Shown one piece after another: positions 1-10,051 of a stretch of DNA of 64,000 nucleotides; position 1 is the first letter of the stretch; each line of letters begins with the position of its first letter. The position numbers and the translations under genes were made by a program. This stretch comes from a virus (lineage: Duplodnaviria; Caudoviricetes): positions 700 through 64,699 of the IMG/VR virus record IMGVR_UViG_2565956641_000003, one strand, 5' to 3'. The notes under the pieces are model-generated. The model searched no databases. It worked only from the letters and a program-made list of their open reading frames with translations, and was not told where the DNA came from.

Positions 1-381
1 AGCATTAAAATTACGTTTCACTAAATCATCTGCCCGTTTTTGGTCATCTCGGTTACGAGTAGTTTGTTTATTCTTACCACGCCAAACACCTTGTATACCT
101 AGCTTTTGCATCAATCGAGCAACTGTACAACGTGCAATAACATAACCCTCACGTTTCAATTTTTGCCAAACTTTACGTACACCATATCGACCTGAACTTT
201 CTTTCCAAATACGTTTGATTTGCTCTGCATGATGTAAATCATGCAGAGCACGTTTCGCTCGATGTTCTGGGTTATCAACGAGATCTAAAGCCCGATAATA
301 GGTCGAAGCTGCAATCGGTAAAATTCTACAAATCGCTTCAACACCATATCGATCTTTATTGTTATGGATAAAATCCACCAT
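1..381 (-). CDS. IS3 transposase OrfB, 5' part (runs out of window)
   Basis: Reverse complement matches the start of orfB at 61467; TAATG coupling with orfA. Confidence 0.9.
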   Translation of the reverse strand, partial: MVDFIHNNKDRYGVEAICRILPIAASTYYRALDLVDNPEHRAKRALHDLHHAEQIKRIWKESSGRYGVRKVWQKLKREGYVIARCTVARLMQKLGIQGVWRGKNKQTTRNRDDQKRADDLVKRNFNA

Positions 382-704
382 TATTTGTGTGGGCGGTCGA
401 GCTCCGCCTGGGCGAAAAAAGCGGCTGCTTTGCGTAGAATTTCATTGGCACGTTTTAATTCTTTAATTTCACGTTCCATTTGCTTCATTTTTTCTTGGTC
501 AGATATCTGTTGTACTTTGGCAGGATTTAGTTGATCCAGATGCTTTAAATACCAAACACGCAATGTTTCAGGAGTACAACCGATTTTAGGAGCAATAGCT
601 GTGATTGCTGCCCAAGTAGAAGGATAATCTTTTTCAGATTCAATTAGTAATTGAACCGCTCTTTCTCTAATTTCGGGGGTATAGTTTGGTTTTTTCATCG
701 GCAT
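381..704 (-). CDS. IS3 transposase OrfA
   Basis: HTH plus leucine zipper ending LKRANEILRKAAAFFAQAELDR. Confidence 0.95.
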   Translation of the reverse strand: MPMKKPNYTPEIRERAVQLLIESEKDYPSTWAAITAIAPKIGCTPETLRVWYLKHLDQLNPAKVQQISDQEKMKQMEREIKELKRANEILRKAAAFFAQAELDRPHK

Positions 705-1039
705 AGTCTCTCAGAATATTGACTCTCCGACAAACCCGGTACGGTTCACCTTTTGTTATGTTAATACAGAAAGGTGGGAATGTTACTGCATACTGTGTAT
801 CGAGTAAAAGTCAAATAATTGTCTCCTCAAACGGTATAACAGATCAAGGCATTGAAAAAAATCCAATCCGTGCTTGAGTATAAATAATTTCATAGAGTGG
901 TAAATCCAATGAGTTTTATCACTCTGCCAAAATCCAATTATATCTACGCAATACTCATGTTTGATAATTGTTTTGCGAAATTGTCATTACATTTTAGATA
1001 GTTTCCCCCCAAGTATATTTTTAAAGATAAAGCTCCATT

Positions 1040-1160
1040 CAAAGAGCTTTTTCTTAACATCATTCAAGCTACTACACTCATTGTATTTGGCAATTGTATC
1101 AATGATCCAAAGTGTGATCTCTTTGCCCTGCCCTGACTCAAGTTTTAAGAGTTTGGTGCA
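1040..1160 (-). pseudogene. Remnant of an o-spanin (Rz1-like) gene
   Basis: Start-less frame CTKLLKLESGQGKEITLWIIDTIAKYNECSSLND with the two-Cys pattern of o-spanins; in-frame TAA immediately upstream; lies downstream of the lysis genes. Confidence 0.5.
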
Positions 1161-1256
1161 TTACGTCAAACTTATATTAGAAGTATAAAAGTTTATCAAA
1201 AATTCAATATCAGCTATATTGAGTCAATTATATAAAATTAGAAAAGAGGAATTTAG

Positions 1257-1793
1257 GTGATGCTAGAAACGGAACACCTTATACTTAGACAATGGAAGGA
1301 AAGTGATTACCTTCCTTTTATTAATATGGGTAAAGACCCTGAGGTAATGAAATATTTTCCAAAAAATCTTACTGAAGATGAGAGTATTAAAATAATTCAA
1401 ACAGTTACAGAAATCCTTAATAGGAATAAATGGGGAATTTGGGCTGTAGAATTAAAAGAAAATCATAAATTTATTGGGTTTATAGGTCTCCATGATCAAC
1501 CTCTACAGTTTGATTTTTCTCCTTGTGTGGAGATTGCTTGGCGCCTAGCAAAAGAATATTGGGGAAACGGCTATGCCACAGAAGGAGCCAAAGCTGTTTT
1601 AGAATATGCATTTAATGTATTAGATCTCGATAAGATAGTTTCATTTACAGCTATTACTAATAAGTCATCAGAAGCAGTAATGAAAAAAATAGGGATGACA
1701 AAAGTTAAGGAGTTTAATCATCCAGAATTTTCTTCAGCACCACATCTTGAAAAACACATTTTATATGAAGTAACTAAACCTGATTTAGCATAA
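1257..1793 (+). CDS. GNAT acetyltransferase, RimJ/RimL family (moron, opposite strand)
   Basis: LETEHLILRQW, WGNGYATEGA and NKSSEAVMKKIGM motifs. Confidence 0.9.
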   Translation: MMLETEHLILRQWKESDYLPFINMGKDPEVMKYFPKNLTEDESIKIIQTVTEILNRNKWGIWAVELKENHKFIGFIGLHDQPLQFDFSPCVEIAWRLAKEYWGNGYATEGAKAVLEYAFNVLDLDKIVSFTAITNKSSEAVMKKIGMTKVKEFNHPEFSSAPHLEKHILYEVTKPDLA

Positions 1794-1810
1794 TATTCGT
1801 TATCCAAATT

Positions 1811-1831
1811 AGCCCTCACTCAGAGGGCTTT
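1811..1831. terminator. Hairpin terminator between convergent GNAT and lysis genes
   Basis: AGCCCTC-ACTCA-GAGGGCT inverted repeat; identical core at 23318-23334. Confidence 0.7.
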
Positions 1832-1927
1832 CACACAAATACCCACACTCACGTTCGTGTTGATAGTGTGGGCTGTACAACCTGAGATTATTAAATAGAT
1901 CAATAAACTAATTATCTTGAGCTGCAT
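1820..1927 (-). CDS. Unannotated 35-aa lipoprotein overlapping the endolysin 3' end
   Basis: MQLKIISLLIYLIISG-CTAHTINTNVSVGICVKAL; lipobox ISGC; translated by hand. Confidence 0.65.
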   Translation of the reverse strand: MQLKIISLLIYLIISGCTAHTINTNVSVGICVKAL

Positions 1928-2423
1928 ATTTTAGATTCTCAGCGACTCGATTAGTCCACCCTTTGCCATAAGTTCCCCATGTCGATAAGGATGTATAAAA
2001 TTTCAAACGTTCAGAAGCCAATAGCAATAGAACGTCATTCACATCTTTAGCTTTTACTACTGCAATTGTTTTTGGCCCTATAATGCCATCATCAGAAACC
2101 CCTACGGCTTGTTGAAGCTCCTTAATTGCTCTGCTTTTACCTGCATTCACGGCGAAGTCCCACAACTGATAGACAATTGCTGGGTGTAGTTGATCTGCAC
2201 CTAACTTATTCCACCAATCATTTCGATAAATTTCTTTTGCTTGGATTAATGTCAAATTCTTAATGTCTAAATTCGGATAGGTATTCGCTGCAATGCCATA
2301 TTTCGTGCCTTTCAATGTACCACTCCCGACCTTTCCACCAGTCCAGTTTCCTGGATCATTTCGATCTATTGAATAACCACCCTCATGACCGATTAATCGT
2401 TCAAATGCTTTATCAAAATTCAT
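1908..2423 (-). CDS. Endolysin, glycoside hydrolase 108 with PG-binding domain
   Basis: HEGGY, DPG..TKYGI, D.AVNAG, DGIIGPKT and GKGWTNRV motifs. Confidence 0.93.
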   Translation of the reverse strand: MNFDKAFERLIGHEGGYSIDRNDPGNWTGGKVGSGTLKGTKYGIAANTYPNLDIKNLTLIQAKEIYRNDWWNKLGADQLHPAIVYQLWDFAVNAGKSRAIKELQQAVGVSDDGIIGPKTIAVVKAKDVNDVLLLLASERLKFYTSLSTWGTYGKGWTNRVAENLKYAAQDN

Positions 2424-2791
2424 TTAAATATTGCTCCAAATGCTTCTTTAATCTCTGTGATAATTTCATTGAATGATTTGCCTTTTAGAAGCTGTACGGA
2501 TTGATAAGCAATACCAATACAGAGCATTCCAAAAATAGCAAAAATCAACATCACAAAACCTTGTGCCATATGTGTGTAATGAGTTAAGTCATAGTATTCA
2601 ATGAAAGCTGAGCCACCATACAAACTGATAGCTACGCTAAAAGTGAACTTCATAATGACACCCATCGTGATTTTGATGCGACCTTGAGTATCTATATCTC
2701 CACTTAAAGTAAGTGCAAAAATAGCCCCAATAACGGCTGCAACAATTTTAAAAAGCCATGGTAGACCTTTGATAGAAATTGGATCGTTCAA
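2420..2791 (-). CDS. Holin (three TM segments)
   Basis: Hydrophobic segments; ATGA overlap with endolysin; TTG start at 2791 follows AGAGGA. Confidence 0.75.
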   Translation of the reverse strand: MNDPISIKGLPWLFKIVAAVIGAIFALTLSGDIDTQGRIKITMGVIMKFTFSVAISLYGGSAFIEYYDLTHYTHMAQGFVMLIFAIFGMLCIGIAYQSVQLLKGKSFNEIITEIKEAFGAIFK

Positions 2792-2835
2792 TGTAATTCC
2801 TCTAATTTTTGGCAATAAAAAAGCACCCGAAGGTG

Positions 2836-3375
2836 CTAAAACTGAATTGAATTTATTTGCTCAATATTTTCTGACTCATAAATAAGTTGTCGAGCTATTC
2901 GACTTCTTTCATGACAGTTTAAAATATGCTGAGCAAGGGCAAGTCTTAATCCTTTCAATTGTTCTGCATTGAGTAAAACAATTGAATTATCTTTTAAAGT
3001 CCACTCCACCTCTACGCCAAGATCACTTGCAGTGATAATTCGTGACTGCGAAATAATATCAGAATCAAAAATATGCCCTAAAAATGAGAAACCGCCATAT
3101 TCGGCGGTTTCTCTTTCTTCTTTGATCTCAGACCATTTCTGATCCTTAATTAGATCTAATGAACGAGGATCAATCCACTGTTTTAAATCATAATCGAATA
3201 CATGATAAATTGATGGCTGATCGGGGATAAATGCCCACCATCCACGATAATACATATTCGATTGTGGAGGATCAGAAACAGCCAAACAACCAAGTGGCTT
3301 ATTTAATGCAATTGTTTCTTCATTCGCATAAATCAATTGTAGCAATTCGCCTCTTCTTGAGATAATTGCTGTCAT
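2836..3375 (-). CDS. Tail fibre assembly-like protein (DUF4376-like)
   Basis: Follows J; FDSD..SQSRI and WTLKDN motifs. Confidence 0.65.
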   Translation of the reverse strand: MTAIISRRGELLQLIYANEETIALNKPLGCLAVSDPPQSNMYYRGWWAFIPDQPSIYHVFDYDLKQWIDPRSLDLIKDQKWSEIKEERETAEYGGFSFLGHIFDSDIISQSRIITASDLGVEVEWTLKDNSIVLLNAEQLKGLRLALAQHILNCHERSRIARQLIYESENIEQINSIQF

Positions 3376-6300
3376 TTTTTTAGCTCCAGGACTGATAATG
3401 TTGCTGTTAAGACAGATGCATTACCTGTATTCCAAGGTCGAATCATGAGTCCAGCATCTGCTATTGTGGTTGACCATCCCACCCTAATTGAATACTGAGC
3501 AATTCCAGTATATGCATCATCGATGATTGTAGGTAATTGAACAGCGCCATTAAATATTGCAACATCGTTAATAATTTCACTTGAAGCCGCAACTCTTCCA
3601 ATAAAAATTGGTGAGCCATTTCTGTATAAAACAACACCACAATACATAGTTTTTGGGGCATTGCTCACGGTAGATCCATTTGATCTCCAAGCTGATGCAC
3701 ACACGTTGTCAATATACACATAGCCACTGATTTGGCATTTCCCTCCACTTCTGTTCAGAGACAAAGATATAATGTCTCCAAAATAGTTTGATGTATCCAG
3801 GATTACTGCATCGCCTCCAGTAAATACAGTCGCACTTCGTTGAGAACTTCTTTGGATTGGTGAAACAAGTTTAATCCCCACTGGCACTGTTACTGCATTA
3901 TCTTTGATCTTAAGTGTACTTACAGCCAAGTCATCGATATTTGCTTCTTTGACTTTGATTGTGCCTAAATTGGCACTGATCGCACTCAAACTATCTGCAT
4001 AAATCTTACTCGCAGAAATATAACCAATATTAGCGTTATCAAGGTAAAGTCCAGCTGGAACCACGGTCCCATTCGGTAATGTCACTGGTCCTGCTTGGTA
4101 ATTAAAAGCATACTTGGCTTCATTACCTACCGATGCCGGTGCCGCAATTGCAAACTGATCAGCACGAATAATGAACAGACTCTTTCCTGAACCCTCGTTA
4201 ATCAATCCAATACCAGCCACATAACCATTCACATCAGTTTTCACTGTGTACTGGGCTTTGATACCGTTAATTGACTGCAACGATTGTTGAACTAATGCAG
4301 TGTTAGCTGTTGTGTTATCTTGCCAAGGAACAGGTGCTGCATCTCCATTGTTCCGCTGTACTTCACAAGCTTGCGCTCTTGACATGAACTGATACGCTTC
4401 CCAACCACATTCCTGTTGCCTAAATACCACATTCATAGTCATTGCGTTTGAGGGAGCTTGGACATTTTGGTAAAGCCGATGCATGTCACTGAGCATCTGT
4501 GCTGTATTTCCACCAGAGCTTACAAGAATAGATTTATCAGGTTGTGCTGTATAAGAATCTGTTATATATGCACCATTCTTGTCATAGAAATATGCAAATA
4601 AGACTGTCTTACATCTATGATTCTGAACATAGCCACTAATCTGATAAAACTTACCTCCTGTGACTGGAATACTTTGATAGAGTTCCGTGTATCCAACAAC
4701 ACCAGTTTGATCGCCAGCTACGTGCATAGAACTATTCATACTAGGCTTATACCAAGCTTCATAATTTGGATAGTTCACATTCCCCTCTTTTACAAGGTTA
4801 ATGTCATAGCCATAAATATAACTAGAGTTTTGCCAACCACTTGTATTCCCCATAGAGAAGTCAGGGTTAACAAGTAAGTTACCTGACCCAGTTGGCATAC
4901 CAGCAACAGTTGTACCCACCTGTGTAATAGCCTGTGAGTTGGCTTCAACCCTTCCGTTAATTTGAGTCACTGCAGCATCCAGATTATTGGTTGCCGTAGC
5001 TGTCGCATTCAACTTGTTGTTGATAGAAACTGGAACCATACTGGCATCATAACCTTGAGGCTCAATATACTCATCTCCCTCCCATCGACCTTGAATCACA
5101 ATCTTTGGTGTACCCGTATATTGATTACAAGTTAATTCATACCAAGTACCACCACGTAACAGCACATATTCCTGACTTGAGTGAGTCAGTTGCCCTAACC
5201 ACATCGCTGGTGATTGGTTGCTCTGTGTCCAGAGATAACTGAAATTTACAACTTGTCTTTCAATATCTTGCGCGCCCCAACCAGATGCTCTTGCTTTCCA
5301 ATGTAATGAAAGCGCAAAAGTACCACCGCCATGACTTGACCAAGGAGCAGCGAATTTTCCAAGTGGCATCTCGAATGCCAACTCCCCAATACCATTACCC
5401 ATCAAAGGAATTAAGATCGGGTAATACAAGTTAGGATCAAGGTTTGAAAGATCTAATGGGAATTTTCTCCCATTTAATGCCAATTCTGCTTTAGCCTCTA
5501 CTTGTGTCAAAGCCTGCCCTTGAGAAGAAATTGTATTGCCTTGTTGCTCAACAGTGGTCTTCAATGAATTAAGAGCATTGGCATCTGCCTTGCCCTCGAT
5601 TGCACTTTTAAGTCCTGTAACAGCAGAAGCATTCGCTTTGATCTCATCGTCATGCCTAGTTGTAGTCGCATCCAACTTGTTTACAGCTGTTGCTGAAGCG
5701 AAATCTTGTTCAGATAAGCTCCAATCAAATGGAATGTTGCCTTTCTCTATAACAGGTCTTCGGAAGTGATATGTACCACCCATGTGACCTACTCCGAAAT
5801 GGAAAGCAAACCCACCTTTAACGTATTTACGTGTATGGTAGTACCTTTGCCAAACGCCAACTTTTTGCACTTGACCTTTAGCCAATGTCAGATTCATGTA
5901 CGTCATAGAATCTTTCCAATACAACTGCGGTGCGTATGGGAAACTTCCATCTTCATACATCATCTCTACAGAAAAAATACAGTCATCATCAGCATTCAAC
6001 CTATTATCAACTTGAGAAGCCTGTGCCCATAAAAACCCTGTAACCCAATTATTGTTAGGTGATTGAGCTTTGATTGTAAATACTCTCAGATCAGCACTGT
6101 ATCCAGTCTCGATATTTTCTGCATGAGCGACACCACCAGACCAGAACTCAGAATCTACCAACAAGTTCTTAGCACCTACAGAAATATTATCAAGATTAGC
6201 TTTTACACTAGTAATCGCCTGACCTTGTGAAGTAATCGTATTGCCCTGTTCTTCCACAGTTGACTTCAGCGAGTTCAATGCAGAGGAATCTGCCTTGCCG

Positions 6301-9300
6301 GCAATCGAGTTCTCAAGAGCTGTAATCGCCTGACCTTGTGAAACAACATTGCCATCAAGAGTTGCAACTTTCGAGTCAAGCGCTGTTAATGCAGAAGCAT
6401 CAGCTTTACCCTCAAGACTATTTTGCAAACCAGAAATAATACTGCTTTGAGAATTAACCTGATCACCAATAACCAATACATCATTTTTTAGATTCTGTAC
6501 CACCGATGCATCAGCTTTACCTTCAATCACCGAGTCTAAAGAGATCAACTTAGAAGTGTTTGCTTCAGTCTCTGTAGCAATCGTGTTTACACGAGTTTGA
6601 ACATTTGACAACGTTCCATCTATAGATGCTTTGTAGTTGTCCAATGTTTCAGTCTGTGACCTATCAGCATCTTTACTGCGTGTGACTTCCTGAGTTAAAC
6701 CTTCGTTAAGCGCTTTGACCTCGTCTCTACGTTCTGCTGTTTCAGTTGCAAGCGCATTTGTTAATATCTGTGCTTGAGAATGAGCAGCCGTTGCAATTTT
6801 ATTGACTTCTACAACTAGATCTCTTGCTTCAGAACCGATTTCAATACGACTGATCAAATCTTGATTTAGCTGACTATCGGTAATCTGACCATCAAGTAAT
6901 TCAAGTACATCTTTGGCATCAGATGTGGTTGTACCGTTTGTCCAGTCAGACCAGTCTCCGATATTCCCAATTCGATCAATCAAACGTGCTCGATAGAATT
7001 GAGTCAGATTAGGCTGTAATCCTTGGATGACTGTGGTTGTGGTTGGATATGCAAAAGAACCTAAAGTCGCAATGTTGGATGTACTATCTGGTGAGACTTG
7101 GATCTCTACATAAGCCGTATCCAAAGCATTTGCTGGATAACTCCAATCCAGTTTCATACCAAATAAAATGCCAGTTGCCTGGATAAACGCCACTTTTGGT
7201 GGTTTACCTTGCTTCCCTGTTAATTCAGTTAAAATTGAATAGGTGGGTAAAGATGAAATATCAAAAGCACTTATCGCAAAAACTCGTGCTTCATATTTAC
7301 CAGCGTATATACCGGCTATCTCTGCCGAGTTATTTCCAGTTAAAGGGAGCTTTAGCCAAGTACCATTATCTTTACGCCATTCAACTTGATACTTGGTTGC
7401 ACCTTTGGCTTGTGACCAGCTGATGACCATAGTTTCAACAGACATTCCTTGTTGAACCATTTGCTCACTGGAAATGCTGACTGATTCAACAGGATCTTGA
7501 GTTGTAGGGTTAATAATTGAAATTGGGCGATCATCAATAAATGCACCATGATCAATTGCATCAAACTTAGACTCATTGTGCTGAATTGCAGTAATGGTAA
7601 ATTGGTGCTGTTCATCCTGAGAAATTGATACGACACGAAACTTCATCGTCGCTAGATCTTGCGCATCAATCACCCAAACATTTTGTGGAGCAACAGAATC
7701 GAATGCTGATACCACAGTAATTACTCTGCCATTTTTTGACTGAACTACTCTTGCCTGTGCCTTGCCATCTTCACCATTAACAATTAGACGGTCACCAGCT
7801 CGGCATACAACATCATCACGATCTAAGGTGATTTGCTTTAAATTAGCACTGACTGATGAAATACGCCCACCATTTGCACGACCAGCCAGCAACTCATCAG
7901 CAAGTTCAATCACTTTACCAGGTAATGGAATATAGCCATCCAACCCCACTTTAAAGGTGACAGTTCGAGTTTCGAGTTGTTCAGTTTTTAAAGCCCATTG
8001 ACCAGTACGTTGTGCTTGACCTTCCGAGGTACAGCCCCATGCTTCAAGCTCAAGTAGTTTTACTCCTCGATCACGTGCAATCGCGGCTTCATCACGAACA
8101 AAAACATATTCCGTCTTATAGCGATTTTGCGGATTATCCCAAGCAACTTTAACTGCATTATGCCGATCACGTGCACGTGTACCTGTGTAATTAATCCCCA
8201 TAGCACCATCAATAATATTAGCGGATGTATAGGTGAACATCGTATCTTGTGGTAAATCAGCCTCACATACGATCGATGCACCATCCCAATAACTGATTGC
8301 ACGAAATAAACCTGCAAGTTTGCTTAAAATATCGAAAGCAGATTCGGCACTTTGAATGTATACATTACAAGCGAACCGTGGCTCTTGCCCACCTTTACCA
8401 TTCGGTACCAGCTGATCACAATATTGTGCTAAACGATACAATGACCATTTATCAATCATTTGCTCGGTTAAACGGTTACCCAATGCATATCGCTTATTGG
8501 TACATAAATCATAGTAAATCCAAGCGGGATTATTGCTGTATGCACGCTTAAATAGACCGTCCCAAATTCCGATGTAAGTTCGGCTTACAGGATCATAGTT
8601 GCTTGGCACCTTGATCTTTACACCCTTTAGGTCAACAGCAATTTTAGCAATATTCGAGAATGTTTCAGCATCATATTGCACACCAATCAAAGCAGTATTT
8701 GGGTAAGCAAGCTTAAGATCGACAACCTCAGTAATGGCTTGAATATACATCTTATCGCTGACATATTCTGAGCTTGAATTTGGTGTTTTCCGAGTAACAC
8801 GAATCAGCCAATTGTTATTAGCTTCTGGAAGCCCAATTCGATGGGTACGTTCATAATTTGCTGAAGTTTTACCTGACATCTGAGTATCAAGCATTAACTC
8901 CCACGATCCGCCATCGGTTTGAACTTCAATGGTGTAATCAATCACAATACCCGAGACATCACCATTTTTAGGATCTTGTTGTTTTAAAGCACCAAATCTA
9001 ACACGTACAATCACAGCATCAAGTGTAAGATTAGTCACACCTTTCACCCAAGGCGTATCGCTTTTAAGTTCAACACCTACCGCAGTTTCAGATGCAATGC
9101 TTTCAAAACCTTCCATGTAGGTTTGGTCATTAGTCCCTGATCGAAAATCTAGAGTGACATCTTGAAAGTTTCTTGCACCACTGTCGTTTTCAACAGGTGT
9201 GTCATCTAAATAGATAGACTTGTAGCCATTGGCTAAACCTTCAACTTCCCCTTCACTCATGCCATATTGTAAACGTGCATAAGTTTTAGATGCCGTTGTA

Positions 9301-9380
9301 TCGTTAGCAACCTTAGGTTGTCTTTGGCTTTGACTACCACCTTTTGCACCTTTAACTGTTTCAAGCATACTTTTCACCAC
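3372..9380 (-). CDS. Central tail fibre / tip protein J
   Basis: GAKGG start, MSEGEVEGL, NNPAWIYYDL, EPRFACN, FN3 domains, coiled repeats, YVAGIGL C-terminal motif. Confidence 0.93.
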   Translation of the reverse strand: MVKSMLETVKGAKGGSQSQRQPKVANDTTASKTYARLQYGMSEGEVEGLANGYKSIYLDDTPVENDSGARNFQDVTLDFRSGTNDQTYMEGFESIASETAVGVELKSDTPWVKGVTNLTLDAVIVRVRFGALKQQDPKNGDVSGIVIDYTIEVQTDGGSWELMLDTQMSGKTSANYERTHRIGLPEANNNWLIRVTRKTPNSSSEYVSDKMYIQAITEVVDLKLAYPNTALIGVQYDAETFSNIAKIAVDLKGVKIKVPSNYDPVSRTYIGIWDGLFKRAYSNNPAWIYYDLCTNKRYALGNRLTEQMIDKWSLYRLAQYCDQLVPNGKGGQEPRFACNVYIQSAESAFDILSKLAGLFRAISYWDGASIVCEADLPQDTMFTYTSANIIDGAMGINYTGTRARDRHNAVKVAWDNPQNRYKTEYVFVRDEAAIARDRGVKLLELEAWGCTSEGQAQRTGQWALKTEQLETRTVTFKVGLDGYIPLPGKVIELADELLAGRANGGRISSVSANLKQITLDRDDVVCRAGDRLIVNGEDGKAQARVVQSKNGRVITVVSAFDSVAPQNVWVIDAQDLATMKFRVVSISQDEQHQFTITAIQHNESKFDAIDHGAFIDDRPISIINPTTQDPVESVSISSEQMVQQGMSVETMVISWSQAKGATKYQVEWRKDNGTWLKLPLTGNNSAEIAGIYAGKYEARVFAISAFDISSLPTYSILTELTGKQGKPPKVAFIQATGILFGMKLDWSYPANALDTAYVEIQVSPDSTSNIATLGSFAYPTTTTVIQGLQPNLTQFYRARLIDRIGNIGDWSDWTNGTTTSDAKDVLELLDGQITDSQLNQDLISRIEIGSEARDLVVEVNKIATAAHSQAQILTNALATETAERRDEVKALNEGLTQEVTRSKDADRSQTETLDNYKASIDGTLSNVQTRVNTIATETEANTSKLISLDSVIEGKADASVVQNLKNDVLVIGDQVNSQSSIISGLQNSLEGKADASALTALDSKVATLDGNVVSQGQAITALENSIAGKADSSALNSLKSTVEEQGNTITSQGQAITSVKANLDNISVGAKNLLVDSEFWSGGVAHAENIETGYSADLRVFTIKAQSPNNNWVTGFLWAQASQVDNRLNADDDCIFSVEMMYEDGSFPYAPQLYWKDSMTYMNLTLAKGQVQKVGVWQRYYHTRKYVKGGFAFHFGVGHMGGTYHFRRPVIEKGNIPFDWSLSEQDFASATAVNKLDATTTRHDDEIKANASAVTGLKSAIEGKADANALNSLKTTVEQQGNTISSQGQALTQVEAKAELALNGRKFPLDLSNLDPNLYYPILIPLMGNGIGELAFEMPLGKFAAPWSSHGGGTFALSLHWKARASGWGAQDIERQVVNFSYLWTQSNQSPAMWLGQLTHSSQEYVLLRGGTWYELTCNQYTGTPKIVIQGRWEGDEYIEPQGYDASMVPVSINNKLNATATATNNLDAAVTQINGRVEANSQAITQVGTTVAGMPTGSGNLLVNPDFSMGNTSGWQNSSYIYGYDINLVKEGNVNYPNYEAWYKPSMNSSMHVAGDQTGVVGYTELYQSIPVTGGKFYQISGYVQNHRCKTVLFAYFYDKNGAYITDSYTAQPDKSILVSSGGNTAQMLSDMHRLYQNVQAPSNAMTMNVVFRQQECGWEAYQFMSRAQACEVQRNNGDAAPVPWQDNTTANTALVQQSLQSINGIKAQYTVKTDVNGYVAGIGLINEGSGKSLFIIRADQFAIAAPASVGNEAKYAFNYQAGPVTLPNGTVVPAGLYLDNANIGYISASKIYADSLSAISANLGTIKVKEANIDDLAVSTLKIKDNAVTVPVGIKLVSPIQRSSQRSATVFTGGDAVILDTSNYFGDIISLSLNRSGGKCQISGYVYIDNVCASAWRSNGSTVSNAPKTMYCGVVLYRNGSPIFIGRVAASSEIINDVAIFNGAVQLPTIIDDAYTGIAQYSIRVGWSTTIADAGLMIRPWNTGNASVLTATLSVLELKK

Positions 9381-9421
9381 GCAATAAAAAAGCGCTTTAC
9401 GCGCTTATATTCTTCTTAAAA

Positions 9422-10051
9422 TTATTTCTTACCACCACTGCTGCCACCACCTGTATAACCAGCATCAGCAGAACTAAAGGTATCGACTGCAAACTGACCC
9501 GCATTTACAATGAATCCACCGACTTCGCGCTGACCATACAGAATTGGAACTGGATTACCTTGTGCAATTGTGGTCACAGCTCCACCAAAGCTTTTATTAG
9601 CCCTGTTTCCGTCTTGGTTTTGATCTTGTGCATCCGCTTTAGGAGTAAGCATTTGTGCAATTCCACCTACAACCATTCCTGCGCCTGCACCAATAACTGC
9701 AGTTCCCAATGCTGTTCCAGCACCAAAAGAAAATATGCCTGCAACAATCAACACAGCACCGAGCACAAGCTGTAAAACACCACCATTACCACCTGCTCCC
9801 ATAACTTTCGGCACAATCTTGATAACTTTGGCACCAGTATCAAAATCGATCTGATCTTCACTGATGTTTTCATCATCTTGAAAAATGGCAAATGCCAAAC
9901 CTTGTTCATGCGCATTCAGCATGAATTGTTCAAAGCCTGGTACTTGAACGGATAAGGCTTTGACTGCTTCACGGGTACTTTCAACAGCAAGCTTAAACTC
10001 CTTACCAAATTTCTTTCCCAGTACGCCATAGAGTCTGATCGTTTTAAGCAT
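9422..10051 (-). CDS. Tail assembly protein I
   Basis: IRLYGVLGKKFG and QGNPVPILYG motifs; lambda gene order. Confidence 0.9.
   Translation of the reverse strand: MLKTIRLYGVLGKKFGKEFKLAVESTREAVKALSVQVPGFEQFMLNAHEQGLAFAIFQDDENISEDQIDFDTGAKVIKIVPKVMGAGGNGGVLQLVLGAVLIVAGIFSFGAGTALGTAVIGAGAGMVVGGIAQMLTPKADAQDQNQDGNRANKSFGGAVTTIAQGNPVPILYGQREVGGFIVNAGQFAVDTFSSADAGYTGGGSSGGKK

Larger units (their letters stand above)
1..748 (-). mobile_element. IS3-family (IS51-group-like) insertion sequence, partial; same element as 61100-62408, inverted
   Basis: Terminal repeat TGAACCGTACCGGGTTTGTCGGAGA reads leftward from 748 on the minus strand; orfA protein identical to 61144-61467. Confidence 0.95.

Noticed and set aside
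749-1040. Possible prophage att site at the left end
   Set aside because: The partner att lies beyond the integrase start outside the window, so no core repeat can be matched; no tRNA/ssrA fragment recognised.
961-1188. 75-aa plus-strand ORF
   Set aside because: No RBS or motif; antisense to the spanin-like remnant.
3372-6560. Diversity-generating retroelement or invertible tail fibre
   Set aside because: No reverse transcriptase, no adenine-specific TR/VR pair and no invertase; the repeats are coiled-coil coding repeats.
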